Source: Hormiphora californensis (Eukaryota; Animalia; Ctenophora). From it: a stretch of DNA of 64,000 bases. Where the stretch lies: contig CM035353.1 in the NCBI GenBank assembly GCA_020137815.1, positions 7,192,001 to 7,256,000 of the forward strand. Reading direction: 5' to 3'. The stretch's first letter is position 1, and every line of letters starts with the position of its first letter. The notes under the pieces are model-generated. The model saw nothing but the letters and a program-made list of their open reading frames with translations. It was not told the DNA's origin and did not search any database. Position numbers and translations under genes: made by a program. This document shows positions 22,622-64,000 of the stretch, piece by piece.

Positions 22622-23593
22622 TTGATAATGTCAGAAACGAAGTACGAGGGCGATAACCCTGCGATAAAACGATTGGAAGAGACAGTAAACGACTTTGTTT
22701 CTGAAGTTTACTGGTTGAACTCTGCTGATGATCCCAACACGACGAGTATCACATCGGATCAGTTTATTCAATGTTATAAATCGATCCAAGCTGCACCCGA
22801 CTCAATGTTAACCAACGACAGTGTAGCTTCCCCTTGCAATCACTGGGGTTCGTACTTCAGTCACTGTCTCAAGGACTTAACTGCGAATGAAATTATTGAG
22901 GCTACTTCGCGTATTTTTCTCTCCAGTATGAAACTTGCCAGAGCAACAATGAACAATTTTGAAAATGTTATCAGCGCAGAAAAACTCGAGAAGCAACTAC
23001 GTGAATGCAAAGAAGAACTTGGTCGCCACCGTCTTAGCGTGATTGAGCTTCAGCAAACGGTTATTGAAGCCCAAAAGCAACAACTAAGTGCAGTGTCAAC
23101 TTCGGTGAAGAAGGTGAAAGCCTACTCTTCTGTGCTTGCACAGAATTGTGCTGCAACCTCCCCTAAAGTGGTAAAACCACTAACGTCGCACCACCCTACT
23201 CCCGTCCAACAGCCCGGAAGAGAGAAGAACCTGATTGTGTTTGGTCTCCAAGAAACAACCGATAGAGTAGCTAAAACTACTTTAGACGAACTTTTTGAGG
23301 AACTGCAAGAGAAACCGAAAGTGACAACGATAAAACGCATCGGGGAAAGAAATGAGAAACGTCCTAGACCGCTCTTAGTATCCCTGGAGAGGAGAGCGAC
23401 TCTCCTGACGCTTCTCAAAAAAGCACGAAACCTCAAAGACTCCAAACAGTTTTCGGCTGTTTATCTATCTCCGGATCTAACGCCCTCTGAACTGAAGGAG
23501 CAAAAAGCTCTCAGGTCCACTTTGAAACGGATACGACTAGAAGATCCAGACGGCTGCTATTTTATCCGTAACAATGTTATCCAAGTGGGATAG
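22622..23593 (+). CDS. Stand-alone LINE (CR1/L2-type) ORF1p-like protein: coiled coil + RRM-like domain
   Basis: Intact 323-aa ORF with a coiled-coil region followed by REKNLIVFGLQE..RIG..RPRPLLVSL..LKDSKQFSAVYLSPDLT, typical of non-LTR ORF1p. No ORF2 follows. Confidence 0.75.
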   Translation: MIMSETKYEGDNPAIKRLEETVNDFVSEVYWLNSADDPNTTSITSDQFIQCYKSIQAAPDSMLTNDSVASPCNHWGSYFSHCLKDLTANEIIEATSRIFLSSMKLARATMNNFENVISAEKLEKQLRECKEELGRHRLSVIELQQTVIEAQKQQLSAVSTSVKKVKAYSSVLAQNCAATSPKVVKPLTSHHPTPVQQPGREKNLIVFGLQETTDRVAKTTLDELFEELQEKPKVTTIKRIGERNEKRPRPLLVSLERRATLLTLLKKARNLKDSKQFSAVYLSPDLTPSELKEQKALRSTLKRIRLEDPDGCYFIRNNVIQVG

Positions 23594-24273
23594 TTCCCGA
23601 CTAATTCACCGTTATTAGAGAACCGTGCTAGGAGCAGGCAGTCTGCTGCAGTCCCTTTCAAATGAAGGAAAACGAGTTGTCTGTAATTAAAACTGTGTCA
23701 GTGCGGGATATAAACTGTCATTTTTATTATTATATATATTATTATAACCCCAACCCAAACCCCAACCCTAACCCTAACCCTACTTTAGCCCTAACCCTAA
23801 AAAACCGTTTGTCAGCACTCCCAAAACACCCAGATTTTAACGCTGGCCAACTTTTCATGGCAAGCGTTAAAATCTGTTGGGACCAATCGTGGGCGTGCGT
23901 TTTGATATCTGAGACCCCAGTGTCGATTAAAATGTGTATACCTCTTGGCGCTAACTGTTAAAATTCAAAAACTTGTTTTGATTTGTTATTTGTACAGGGT
24001 GGGCCATGCGGACAATGCGGACTTCGGATCATGGAGAGAAAAAGAAAAAATTCGAGGAAAATGGTCACTTTTTCTCAAAATTTGATGTTTTGAATGGGAT
24101 TTTCAGTGTAAATCTGCGCGCCACAGGGTTTTTTGCCGTCGCAGTATAATTTATTGATCCGTGCGCTACGTCAAATGGGTGGGCCATAAACATCAAACAT
24201 GGAGCCACTTGGGAAAAATACAATTCTCTCTCCAAAGGATCCCCTTTCTTAGTCATGTAAAGTGTGATTCAAA

Positions 24274-52451
<28,178 letters not shown>

Positions 52452-52470
52452 AACTCTCCATTTTGTTTTA

Positions 52471-52653
52471 CAGTCAAACCTCGAGTTACCGGGGAAAGGA
52501 TACACGCACATAACGATTTGTACGGTTTAATATTGTTATGTTCGGGGCGCGCGAAATATAGTCTAGCTAGGCAAGGTTTAATAGATGTTCTAGACGGGTG
52601 AAGATTTACACGCCTGGTAATCCAAGCTGTTCCGGTAAATCGAGATTTGGCTG
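52471..52653. mobile_element. Tc1/mariner-type MITE in the PI3K 3' UTR (second copy at ~54449-54644)
   Basis: TA|CAGTCAAACCTCGAGTTACCGG..CCGGTAAATCGAGATTTGGCTG|TA. Confidence 0.7.
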
Positions 52654-53444
52654 TATTTGTTCATGTTAATCAAAGCCAGATATGCAGGGGGTATCTTTTG
52701 GAAGAGTGAGGTATTTTCTTGTTTTGTTCAACAAGGGAGGGTCGAACAAGGCAAGTATTTTGAATAGTGCCGCATACTATTTTTGTAGGTCAATTAATTA
52801 TATTTTACTGTCAAAGTGAGCCAGTTATTGAAGGAGGTGAATTATTTTTAGTCATGTGACTGGATAACTATTGTTTCTTGTAAATGATAACCATGGGTAA
52901 CAGTAAACAGGGATGGGGGACTAATGGCTATGTTCATTTTTCACAAGCTTTAATCATTAATGATTGACGACGTTTAATTTTTACTTTTTTCACCCATTTA
53001 GTTTGACAAATATTATTGACAGAAGAGAGAGACATTCGAATATTGTATGAAGAGAAGAAGGAAAGAGAGACATCTAGAAAATGAGAAAGAGTGTGTTCCC
53101 AGAATATATGTAAACAGTACCAGTACAATTCACAGATCCTTTAAATTCCCAGTTCAGGAGCATGTGGTGCTTATATAATTGTTTATTAACTGATTTTGTA
53201 TTCTTTTTAAGCTGATTTACACCGATAACCCAAAACACTACTTTTTTTTGTTTCTAAAAAGTAAATGACTTCCCAGACCTCATCGGAACTTGTATCGCCA
53301 TAGTTACCCAATACCCGTTATACCGGATTCGGTTACCGAGTGGTCACTGAGAAATAACATGAAACTGCATACGGATAAGTTTGAATTCCTACTGCATGGC
53401 GTTTCACGTGACCATCTCATGCACCATCTCCCTTTTACTGATGA

Positions 53445-55418
<1,974 letters not shown>

Positions 55419-56348
55419 CAGCACTTCAGCAGGGCTGCTGAAACCTATGTCCTCGGTTAAGGATTTGGGCGTGCTTGTTCATTCTGATCTAACCTGGTCC
55501 GGTCACATCGCTACCATCGCCGAAAACGCTAAGAGGAAAGCAGCCTGGGTGTTTAGTGTGTTCAGGACCAGGGATAGAGGGGTTATGGTAACCCTCTACA
55601 AGAGCATGGTAAGAAGCCTGCTGGAATACTGCTGCCCTCTTTGGAATCCTACCAAAATCCAGGATATCCAGGTTTTAGAGGGGGTGCAACGCTCCTTCAC
55701 CAGACGGATCTCTGAGTGCAAGGGGATGGATTACTGGCAGAGACTGCAATACCTGGGCCTTAGCTCCCTGCAGCGCAGGAGAGAGAGATACTCCATTCTC
55801 CACATGTGGAAGATCATGCACGGCCTAGTCTCCAATGACCTCAAAATAAGGTTCACAACTGGAGGCCGACTTGGAGTTCGAGCTGTGGTTCCCAAATTGA
55901 CCAAACTGTCCACTATGGCCAAACAGACAGCATATGACGGATCCTTTGCTGTTATGGGACCACGACTATGGAACTGTTTACCTGCAAAACTTAATCAAAT
56001 TGACGAGTTCCAGGTATTCAAAGTTCAGCTGTCAAGATACCTGACGTCGTTTTCGGACTGTCCCCCAGTTACGGGATATGTACGAAGCTCCAGGAACTCT
56101 ATACTAGACATGAGACTGAACGACGGGGAGTTGCAAGCAAGCGATACCCCGGTCGGAGTGTAAACGGCGGCGAATCATCAGAAGTAACCAGAAGTAAGTA
56201 ACCCGGTGAAGTCTACCCGATGATCAATGATGTCTACCCGGTCGGTAGTAAATAGTGAATGGTAGCTAAACTCCACTTCCTTTGCAACGCCCCAGTTACA
56301 CTCCAGATGAACGACTTACTGGAACGCGCGAGGCTGTAAAAGGAGGGT

Positions 56349-56432
56349 TTACCGCGCGACACAATAGGAGCAGCTGCAGCCGCTCCTTTTGTGTTTATGT
56401 GTGTGTGTGTGTGTATGTATGTACGTATGTAC

Positions 56433-56477
<45 letters not shown>

Positions 56478-56880
56478 TGTGTGTGTATGTGTAGGGCCGG
56501 CACCGCTATAAGAGCCCTTTTTATTCTCAAAACTACACGATAGTGCTGCCCAGATCAGGTCTGCGCCGCCAGACAGCCATGGACTGGAGAATGGAAACAA
56601 GCGATTTCAATTTCTCTGTAAAACATAAAGATATTCCTTCATTTAAACAACAGTAGATCCAATACGCTCCAGTTGCTGATTGGAGGCTGGCTCCAGTTTC
56701 TGGCGCCAGCCTCCAGTCTGCAACTGGCGCAAGCTGGGAGAGTCCCTGTGCGCACCAAATCTTCGTTGACTAGCAGGGTTTTCGATGTGAATTGCATGTA
56801 AAGTAGCGCGCGCGGCAGTGTCAGCAGTGTCAGCAGGGGCCTGCTTCATTGTAACTAACGTCAGTCGCAAAATCTCTAAC
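56349..56880 (+). repeat. (GT)n/(GTAT)n microsatellite (56391-56491), possibly inside a HINE-like element
   Basis: Preceded by hairpin AGGAGC..GCTCCT and CCGCGCG, with CGCGCGG at ~56810. Element limits are uncertain. Confidence 0.45.
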
Positions 56881-57029
56881 TGGACCCTATTTTCAAATTC
56901 AATGTAAATGGACCATAATATTAATCATAATGACATTGATAGCATCTTTGAGTTGAAAAACGTATGCGATCAAAAGATGCACATGATTGAGCACTCCACA
57001 GAATGATTGTCCTCAAGAAAGTGTGAGAA

Positions 57030-60000
57030 CTATCTCTCAGCCATGAATGCTTCTATTTCCTCAACTGTTCTGGGTAGATCGTGTGAGAGGAGTTCAGATC
57101 CATCCTCCGTCACAGCCACGACATCCTCTATACGAACCTGGTGGAGGTGTAATTAATATTAGGTACATATTGGACCCCCTTTACGGGAGCTCCATGAAAG
57201 AGGGTTAGAACATAACAACATATTCGGGGGTGATGTTATACTGCAGTAATATGACTGGGGTGTACTTGGTTTGGGGGGGGGGGTAAAACTGGCTGTTTAG
57301 AGAGAGATTTGGGTGTAGTACCAACTAACAATGAACCATGTTCAGAAGACTAAAACAGTATGAACAATATTACTTCATTTAACATGTTCTGTTCATGCAC
57401 TGTATGCTGGCGGCGCCAAACCCCATTTGACAGTGCGATCAGATGGGGTCGGCGGCGCCAGACAGTTCATGCATGAATAGTAAAACAACTTACCCCGCCT
57501 GTTCCTCGGTATGGCTCTATCATGGTCTTGTTCATATACTTGGCTTGGTCGGGGTTAGCATACGCGTTGTCCAGCAACTAATAGGGAAGAGTCAGTATGT
57601 TGGTGTATAGTAGTAGGTTGTTGTGTTAAGTAAGGGATAATATAGACTACACATTTGGAGGTTAGGATCAAGACCTCGACATGATCTTCTTATAACATCC
57701 AGATCTGAAGTCGCTATCTTATCAGGGGGTGGAGCTATGCGCTGTAATGCAAAAAAGGGGGAGGGGGCGGACAGTTCAAATTCGACTTACCGCGTCACCA
57801 AAGTAGACTCCGGGCTCGACGGTTATGACCATACCCTTTTGGAGGGTTCTCGTCGTCCTAAGATACCGAATACCCGGCTCATCTATCCTCTCTGGGGCGT
57901 TAACATAGCCACCTGAAAGTGGGGACGTGTTATAGAAGGGGGCCGAGGGTAATTTGTAGAAAGGGTGAGGGGAGGAGAGATTTTTGAGTAACGGTGAGGG
58001 ACAAGAGCACTCTTTCAAACTATTGGAAGTAGTTTGGGAAAGGGTTTATATTTTAGAAAATGACTTACCAACATCATGGACATCGAGCCCGATAAAGTGA
58101 CCAAGACCATGGGGCATGAAGATGGCCCCCATATGTGCATCTAGCAACTGATCAACTGTACCATTAACGAACAGGCCTTGTTTTAAAAACTCCTCGACTA
58201 TCACTCTCTCTGCCAGCCTGTGCATGTCCGGCCATGAGACACCTGAGGTGAAATGGTGTTGTTAAATAAAGCTGGGATAAAATAATATGAAAAACCCATC
58301 CCACAGGGCTTTTTGTTATTGAAAATTCCCACGCGCGCGTTTGATTAGAATTTGCGCACAGAACCCTTGAAAGCCAAGCATGTCGTTGGCGCGTCACGTT
58401 TCGTTACCCAACGGTTCCTGAGTTACACATGAAAACTTGGTAATCTGGACCAAACCTCACCCAATCCCAAACCTCCTATTTTGTCCTAAAACCCAGGGGA
58501 AAAAAGTAGAAAACAAGAATATATCTTACCCGGACGCATTGCCTTCAGAACAGCTTTGTTCGCCTTCAGGCAAGTGTTATAAACAAATTTCTGGGATTCT
58601 GTGAACTTGCCACTCGCAGGAAATGACACTGTAATATCAGCTGTGTATCCAGCGTATTCTGCCCCCATGTCAAACAAACTGGACAGAGAGGGGGGGGTGT
58701 ATTTATTAGGTGCCGTTATTATTATGTTTTGTTGCTAAGCAACCGAAATCAAGTGTTACACCCGGATATTGGTTCTGTACAGTTCTGTAGTATAATGGCA
58801 TAGTTACTCACAGCATATCTCCATCGTTTACACGTTTATCGTTTGGTTCCCCAGAGTGCCCGTAATGTAAAACAGCTGCGTTCTCACCACTAATATACGA
58901 AGAATGCAGGTGTAAATGGGGGGGGGGGGGGGGGTAACAGGGTGCAGAGTCTAGAAAGACAGTGTAATCAGAATTTGCTCTGCCGAAACCTTGTGAGCTA
59001 CACGAATCAACATAGCATCTCCTGATTTTCTGGAATATAATAATGTATGCAGTCCTGCAGCTGCGAACTGACTAAGTGACTATTACCTTGCACAAATACA
59101 GGTGTACCCTGTAAACCTCATTCCTCCCTTCATGTATGTGTAATGTTTGAATGTCGCCTCACCCTCATACTCCATTCGACCTAACATGTTAATGTTAATT
59201 AATTTTAACATTTATAATTCCCATACATGGCGTATTTTAATCATCAATAAGGAAGTTTGGTTTTCTCTTGTTTGAGTAAACGGGTTTCGTTGAACAAACT
59301 TATCGTTATGTTATCAATTCCCCGTAAGTTTCTCTAACCTGGTCTCATTAGTTTCATTACTTCTCTGTGAGCCTCACAAGATATCTGACTTGAATATCGC
59401 ATTACCTTCATCTCCTCATCGCTCTTTATCACCCGGCTGTGGGATGGGAGGGGGTATCAAATGGGGGGGGGGATCACACGGCTACAGAATGGGAGTAGTA
59501 GAGAGGCTAGAGAATGGGAATAATTGGTGATCAAATGGGGGGGGGGATATTACCCGACTAGTTAATGAGAGTAGTACTAGGGGTATCACACGACTAGGAC
59601 GATAGGAGATAATGATAAGAGGAACAGGGGAGACATTGGCGGGGGTTGACAAAAAGATGATCACTAACCACTCAGCAATAATAGTGTACAGAGTCGAGGT
59701 ATCAATCTTGAAGGAGTCCATCCCTTCAAAGGATGGAACAGTGAACTCAGACTTGCTATCACTGTTCACCTGAAATCATACACAAATTGGTAATAACAGC
59801 CGGGGGTTGTAGTATGTAGTATAATAAGTAGGGGAGGGGGTACTGTCGGAGAACAAGGATAGGTTGCTCGGCTGGGGGAGGTATGTTACTATAGCAGCAT
59901 ATATTATATATCCTGTTATAATACCAGGCCAGAAACAACGTACCCCAGACATAATGAGAAGAGCAGAGGGGCGAAGTTGACCCAAAATCGTGGTTATTTC

Positions 60001-62511
60001 ATCAGTGTAATACACATTATCTACACCGTATCTCTTCTTGAAGAACTCAGGAGTCTTCAAACTGAAAAAAAATATATTAAATAAAGGTCGTATAGGAATT
60101 ACAACAATTCAAGATTGAGAAAATCATATTTTTGAAAACTTACGCTCCCATCCAAACAGCGTACGAAGCGGGAAGACGAGGCATGAAGAGAATGCTTTGT
60201 GCAGTATCAACATCAACCGCTCCATAGAAATCACTTTCCATTACTCCGAACAACCACATGAAATAGCTCTCCTGAAAAAGTAAAAGTTAACACTTCCTTG
60301 GCCAGGATTTTAACCTATGATACACTGCAGTTTCTCCTCTAATCCCTTAGTAGCCGTCAAAAACGTGCACACTAGGGGACTGCAGGAGCGCATGCCAAAC
60401 CTATAATGGAATTAACAAACAAAAGAACCCGTTTTTTATCGCATTTAAACTTGATACATATCTACATTCTAAAATATTACATTGCGTTTAAATCGGTTAT
60501 GAGTTGGGGGAAAACAATACTTAATAACTATGCTAAGTCAAGTAAATCAAATGAATTAATCACAAAAACTATTTCAACAGTTTTTTTCACATTCCCTCAA
60601 AATTCTAAAACTGCAGCGCAGCGTCCAAGGTACAACACATAACTTGACGAATAGCCAAATTATTCTCACTCGAATTATATGGCTTTGTTTCACCAGAAAC
60701 GACCTTATACGCTTCGATAATATTGACATACTCCTCATCACTCGTCTCACACGTTGCCTTGTCAATGGAGTGAAGAACATCGTATTCGCTAAACTGCCGT
60801 TTCCTTCGTGGCTTCACAGGCCGGTCTTTCTTCGCCCTACAGATGTTTCGGGCGAGATTTGCCACCCGATACATCATATCGAGTGCTCTGCAGGTTTTGG
60901 GGGAGTCTCCAGTTGTACACACATCCAGAAAAAAGAGGTAAAAGTTTTCCAAAACATTATCCTCTTTCCAGCAAAGATAATCGAGTACTGAATACCGGAT
61001 TTCCTTTAAGTAACAGGAGTGGAGTTGGTCCTTTATTTTCTTGTGTTCCGGGTTCTTGAGTTGTTTAGCTGTTTTGCTGAGCATCCTGGCAGTGGCCTTA
61101 CTATACTTGGAAAAAGTCATCTTCACTTGCAAACTCAGTGCAGAGCTGAAAAAATATGCTGTCAGTTCAATCCGTACACTAACCGCCCTATGTCAAAATA
61201 AAGATCAACACTTGTTTTGTTGAAACCGGGTACAGTGAGATAGGGCCGAGCACGGAAAATCAAAACCAAAACTTACACTTCGTTGGTAGAATGACTTGAG
61301 GACCCACAAAGCTGGATTTAGTTCATATATGTCGTCGTGTAAAGAAGTAGTCCATAGGGAGTTCCCGGAGCAGTAGTAGGCTCGGTAAACTTTAACGAAC
61401 GCAAGTGCCTCCGAAGGTGTTAAACGGACTGGTTTGTGGCGTTTTGTTGAACCAAAATGTTGCACCGAAAAGATGCTCAGCAACAGAAAGATAAACAAGG
61501 CAGCCATTGGAAAATAAGTTGTGTTCTGTGAACGAAGTCAGTGGTCATATACCAGCTGCCTCGGTGAGTATAACAGCTGCAATTGATAATTAGCCGATAT
61601 ATATAACAGATTTCCCTCTACAGGGATTTCCCTTTCATCTTCAAGTACAGAACTTTCCGCCAACACCTGTGTGTGTGTGTTGCCTCGTGATGTAGTAAGA
61701 ACGTGCTGTCATATAACAAGAATAACAAGAATAATAAGAACAATAGCGATCAATGGAAAAGTGTAAATAATAGGCGGGTCACCCGAAAGGAGCAGGAGCA
61801 GGAACTAACTTGATTCTACTGAGACATCTACTTTCTATAAGACTCTTAATTTCTCAAAAATAACCAAAATAACAGCTTACACAGGTTCATCGCAAGCTGT
61901 TAGCTGCCTGACCGGTTTCCTAGCTAAGTTGTAAAAAAAAGGTTCCGTACGGAACATTCGGCCAAAATTTACCCGAAAGATAAAACATACCTGCTGGAAC
62001 TCGATGTCTCTGTCGGTATCGTATTGTTGAAGCTGTGCACCTCCTTGGAAGAACATGACACTACCCCGGGGTGTATTAGCAGATATCAACGCGTCACACA
62101 CCTATTAATTAGTTAATCGATATAACATTTCATAATTATTATCGTCCTGGTTATAGCTTCTCATCAGTCATCATGTGCAGAGAAACTAATGCAAGTACAT
62201 CACCCTAGTACTAACCCGTTTTCTATTTTCCTTGTAGAGGGTGTTGGGTATTTTCATGGTACCCGGTCCCATTTGAAAGTAATCGGGTACATCTTCATTG
62301 TTCCTGAAACACATGAAATATAGAACGATGCTGCGTTCAGTTTACACAGCTGACACAGCAAACACACGTGCAGGTCGAATGATAGAGGGTCAAACTACAT
62401 CAGTAATCAGTGTGAATTATTTACTGATACATTGTACCTTGCTTTTTGACACAGTCATATTAAATCAGCAACATACAGCTTCACAACACATTCAAGGAAC
62501 ACTTACGGCAT
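57030..62511 (-). CDS. PEPD: Xaa-Pro dipeptidase (prolidase, peptidase M24B), ~14 exons
   Basis: Spliced exons read [143 protein letters not shown]. The metal-binding D/D/H/E/E motifs are intact. Confidence 0.96.
60605..61507 (-). CDS. Putative secreted protein/propeptide nested in a PEPD intron (exons 61507-61277 and 61145-60605; one apparent frameshift at ~61110)
   Basis: Signal peptide [15 protein letters not shown], donor GTAAGT at 61276 and acceptor TTTTTTCAG at 61146. Removing one C at ~61110 joins [12 protein letters not shown] to the 175-aa ORF ([31 protein letters not shown]). Confidence 0.6.
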
Positions 62512-63114
62512 GGCACGTCGGGGTCGACAATGAAGGGCGGTAGGATAGCTTGCTATTAGGAGAAGTATCAATTTCACTATAACACACAACATCAATACAT
62601 GCACCTCACATTTCATGTACTATGTATAGGCCCGTAGATTCTCTTTTTCTCTCTTTCTCTCTCCCTCTCCCCTCTCTTTCTCTCTCTCCCTGAAAAGTCT
62701 CCGATTTTGTATTTGACTATATAAATTGGTGTCTGCAGTATTGTATACATTGAAGTTGTGCCAATGCGTTGAAAACAATGCCAGATCTACGTATATTTTC
62801 AAGGTTGACTAGCTCACAACAACAGCTTCACAAAAAACACCCTCTTTGTAACTTGAGATCACACTCCACCCGCTCGATAAGACGGAAAGCTAGCAGCTGC
62901 TATTGGAGGATGCACACATCACGTGACCGTATTGAAGTTCACCCATTGGCCAACTGATCAACTCTCATTTAGTGGTAATGCAATGACACATCATGGGACC
63001 CTTCAAGTAACACATAGTGTTCAAAAGCTAATTATACAAACAAACATGCAGTATTACTGGTATTGCTACTTGGTACACACACATACAGTGGACTTCCAAA
63101 GTGTAAAAAGATCC

Positions 63115-63503
63115 TTACCCAAACCCATGGATCCAATTTGAACAGTGGATCGTTGCCTGTCGTTCCAAACGATTGCAATTCGGGATATTATACTGGTCCT
63201 TATTCCCACCGCCATTACTGCACTCGTCTGATAAAATTTTGGGATTTTTGTTCCTTCATTGCCCTCGAAACCTTGTTTATATTTCATGCGTGGTGTGATA
63301 GGGTGGAGCTAGGCAACTTGAAACCCAACTTTGTGAAACTCACCCGTCTCAAAAGATGTCACATAATTCTTATCACAAACACACTTGGTAAGTCGTTCCT
63401 TGACTTTTAGGCACTCTTTCTTGTTACCGAGGGATTTTGCGGAAACGCCATAATTATACAAAGCAAGGATACCAATAAACAAAACAACAAGACGGGACAG
63501 CAT
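63115..63503 (-). CDS. Small secreted Cys-rich protein (at least 2 exons; 3' end uncertain)
   Basis: Signal peptide MLSRLVVLFIGILALYNYGVSA. Donor G|GTGAGT at ~63343 splices to TTTTATCAG at ~63228, giving CLKVKERLTKCVCDKNYVTSFETDECSNGGGNKDQYNIPNCNRLERQATIHCSNWIHGFG. Confidence 0.65.
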
Positions 63504-64000
63504 TTCTCCAATGGGTTTGTAACTGAATCATCGAGGAGTTTGTTTACACAGTCGCATGTAGTAAAGAATCTCTCTCACTTTCTCTAGCTCTATAGCTCAC
63601 TAGCTCTCTCCCTCCCTTTGGAATATTCCACTTTTTCCTTATATTCCAAAATGTTCCAAAGTATACCATGGTAACCCCCTATCTCTTTCTTCCCCTATCT
63701 CTCACTCCTTATCTCTCTCACTCACTGCAACTGTGTGTGTGAGATTTCCCCATAATCTTTTGCTCAGCGGGCGTGTGTTGTGTGTCAGATATGAAAATTA
63801 CGTCAGCTACGTTAATTAAAAAATAGTATATTATATCAAACACCGTATTTTAAATTATTTACAACACTTCGACTATATTTACAGTAAAAATACGAATCGA
63901 CATGACCCTGAATCCACCTTCTTATTGTCTCTCTACGAAAGTTCCACGATAAATAATGTGTCTGTGGTGATTCCAGTGCTGGATAGCGTCTCATGTAAAT

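Noticed and set aside
63066-63311. Stop-codon readthrough joining ORFs 63309-63503 and 63066-63287
   Set aside because: A GT-AG intron removes the TAG and gives a better Cys-rich frame.

Overview
AT-rich, repeat-dense eukaryotic (animal) genomic DNA with short GT-AG introns. LDLa-GPCRs, nested genes and the MITE content suggest a ctenophore, but this is inference. The main genes are a ~25-exon class I PI3K catalytic subunit (+, ~24274-52451) and a ~14-exon Xaa-Pro dipeptidase PEPD (-, 57030-62511). Both host nested genes. PI3K introns hold an intronless same-strand LDLa-repeat GPCR and an antisense secreted sushi-like/C-type lectin gene missed by the ORF track; the lectin gene's own intron holds a ~7.6-kb tandem array. 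A PEPD intron holds a same-strand secreted protein gene with a furin-type site. Other genes are a paralogous LDLa-GPCR (14604-18281), a small two-exon gene, a stand-alone LINE ORF1-like ORF and a Cys-rich secreted protein. The last four PI3K exons are tandemly duplicated. The first ~13 kb is a decayed minus-strand patchwork (Crypton-type tyrosine recombinase, P2X7-ballast/KolX-like Cys domain, F-box), probably inside one large intron. Non-autonomous DNA transposons and perfect palindromes are common. Several single-base frameshifts in otherwise intact genes suggest assembly indel errors. All exon coordinates were read by eye.
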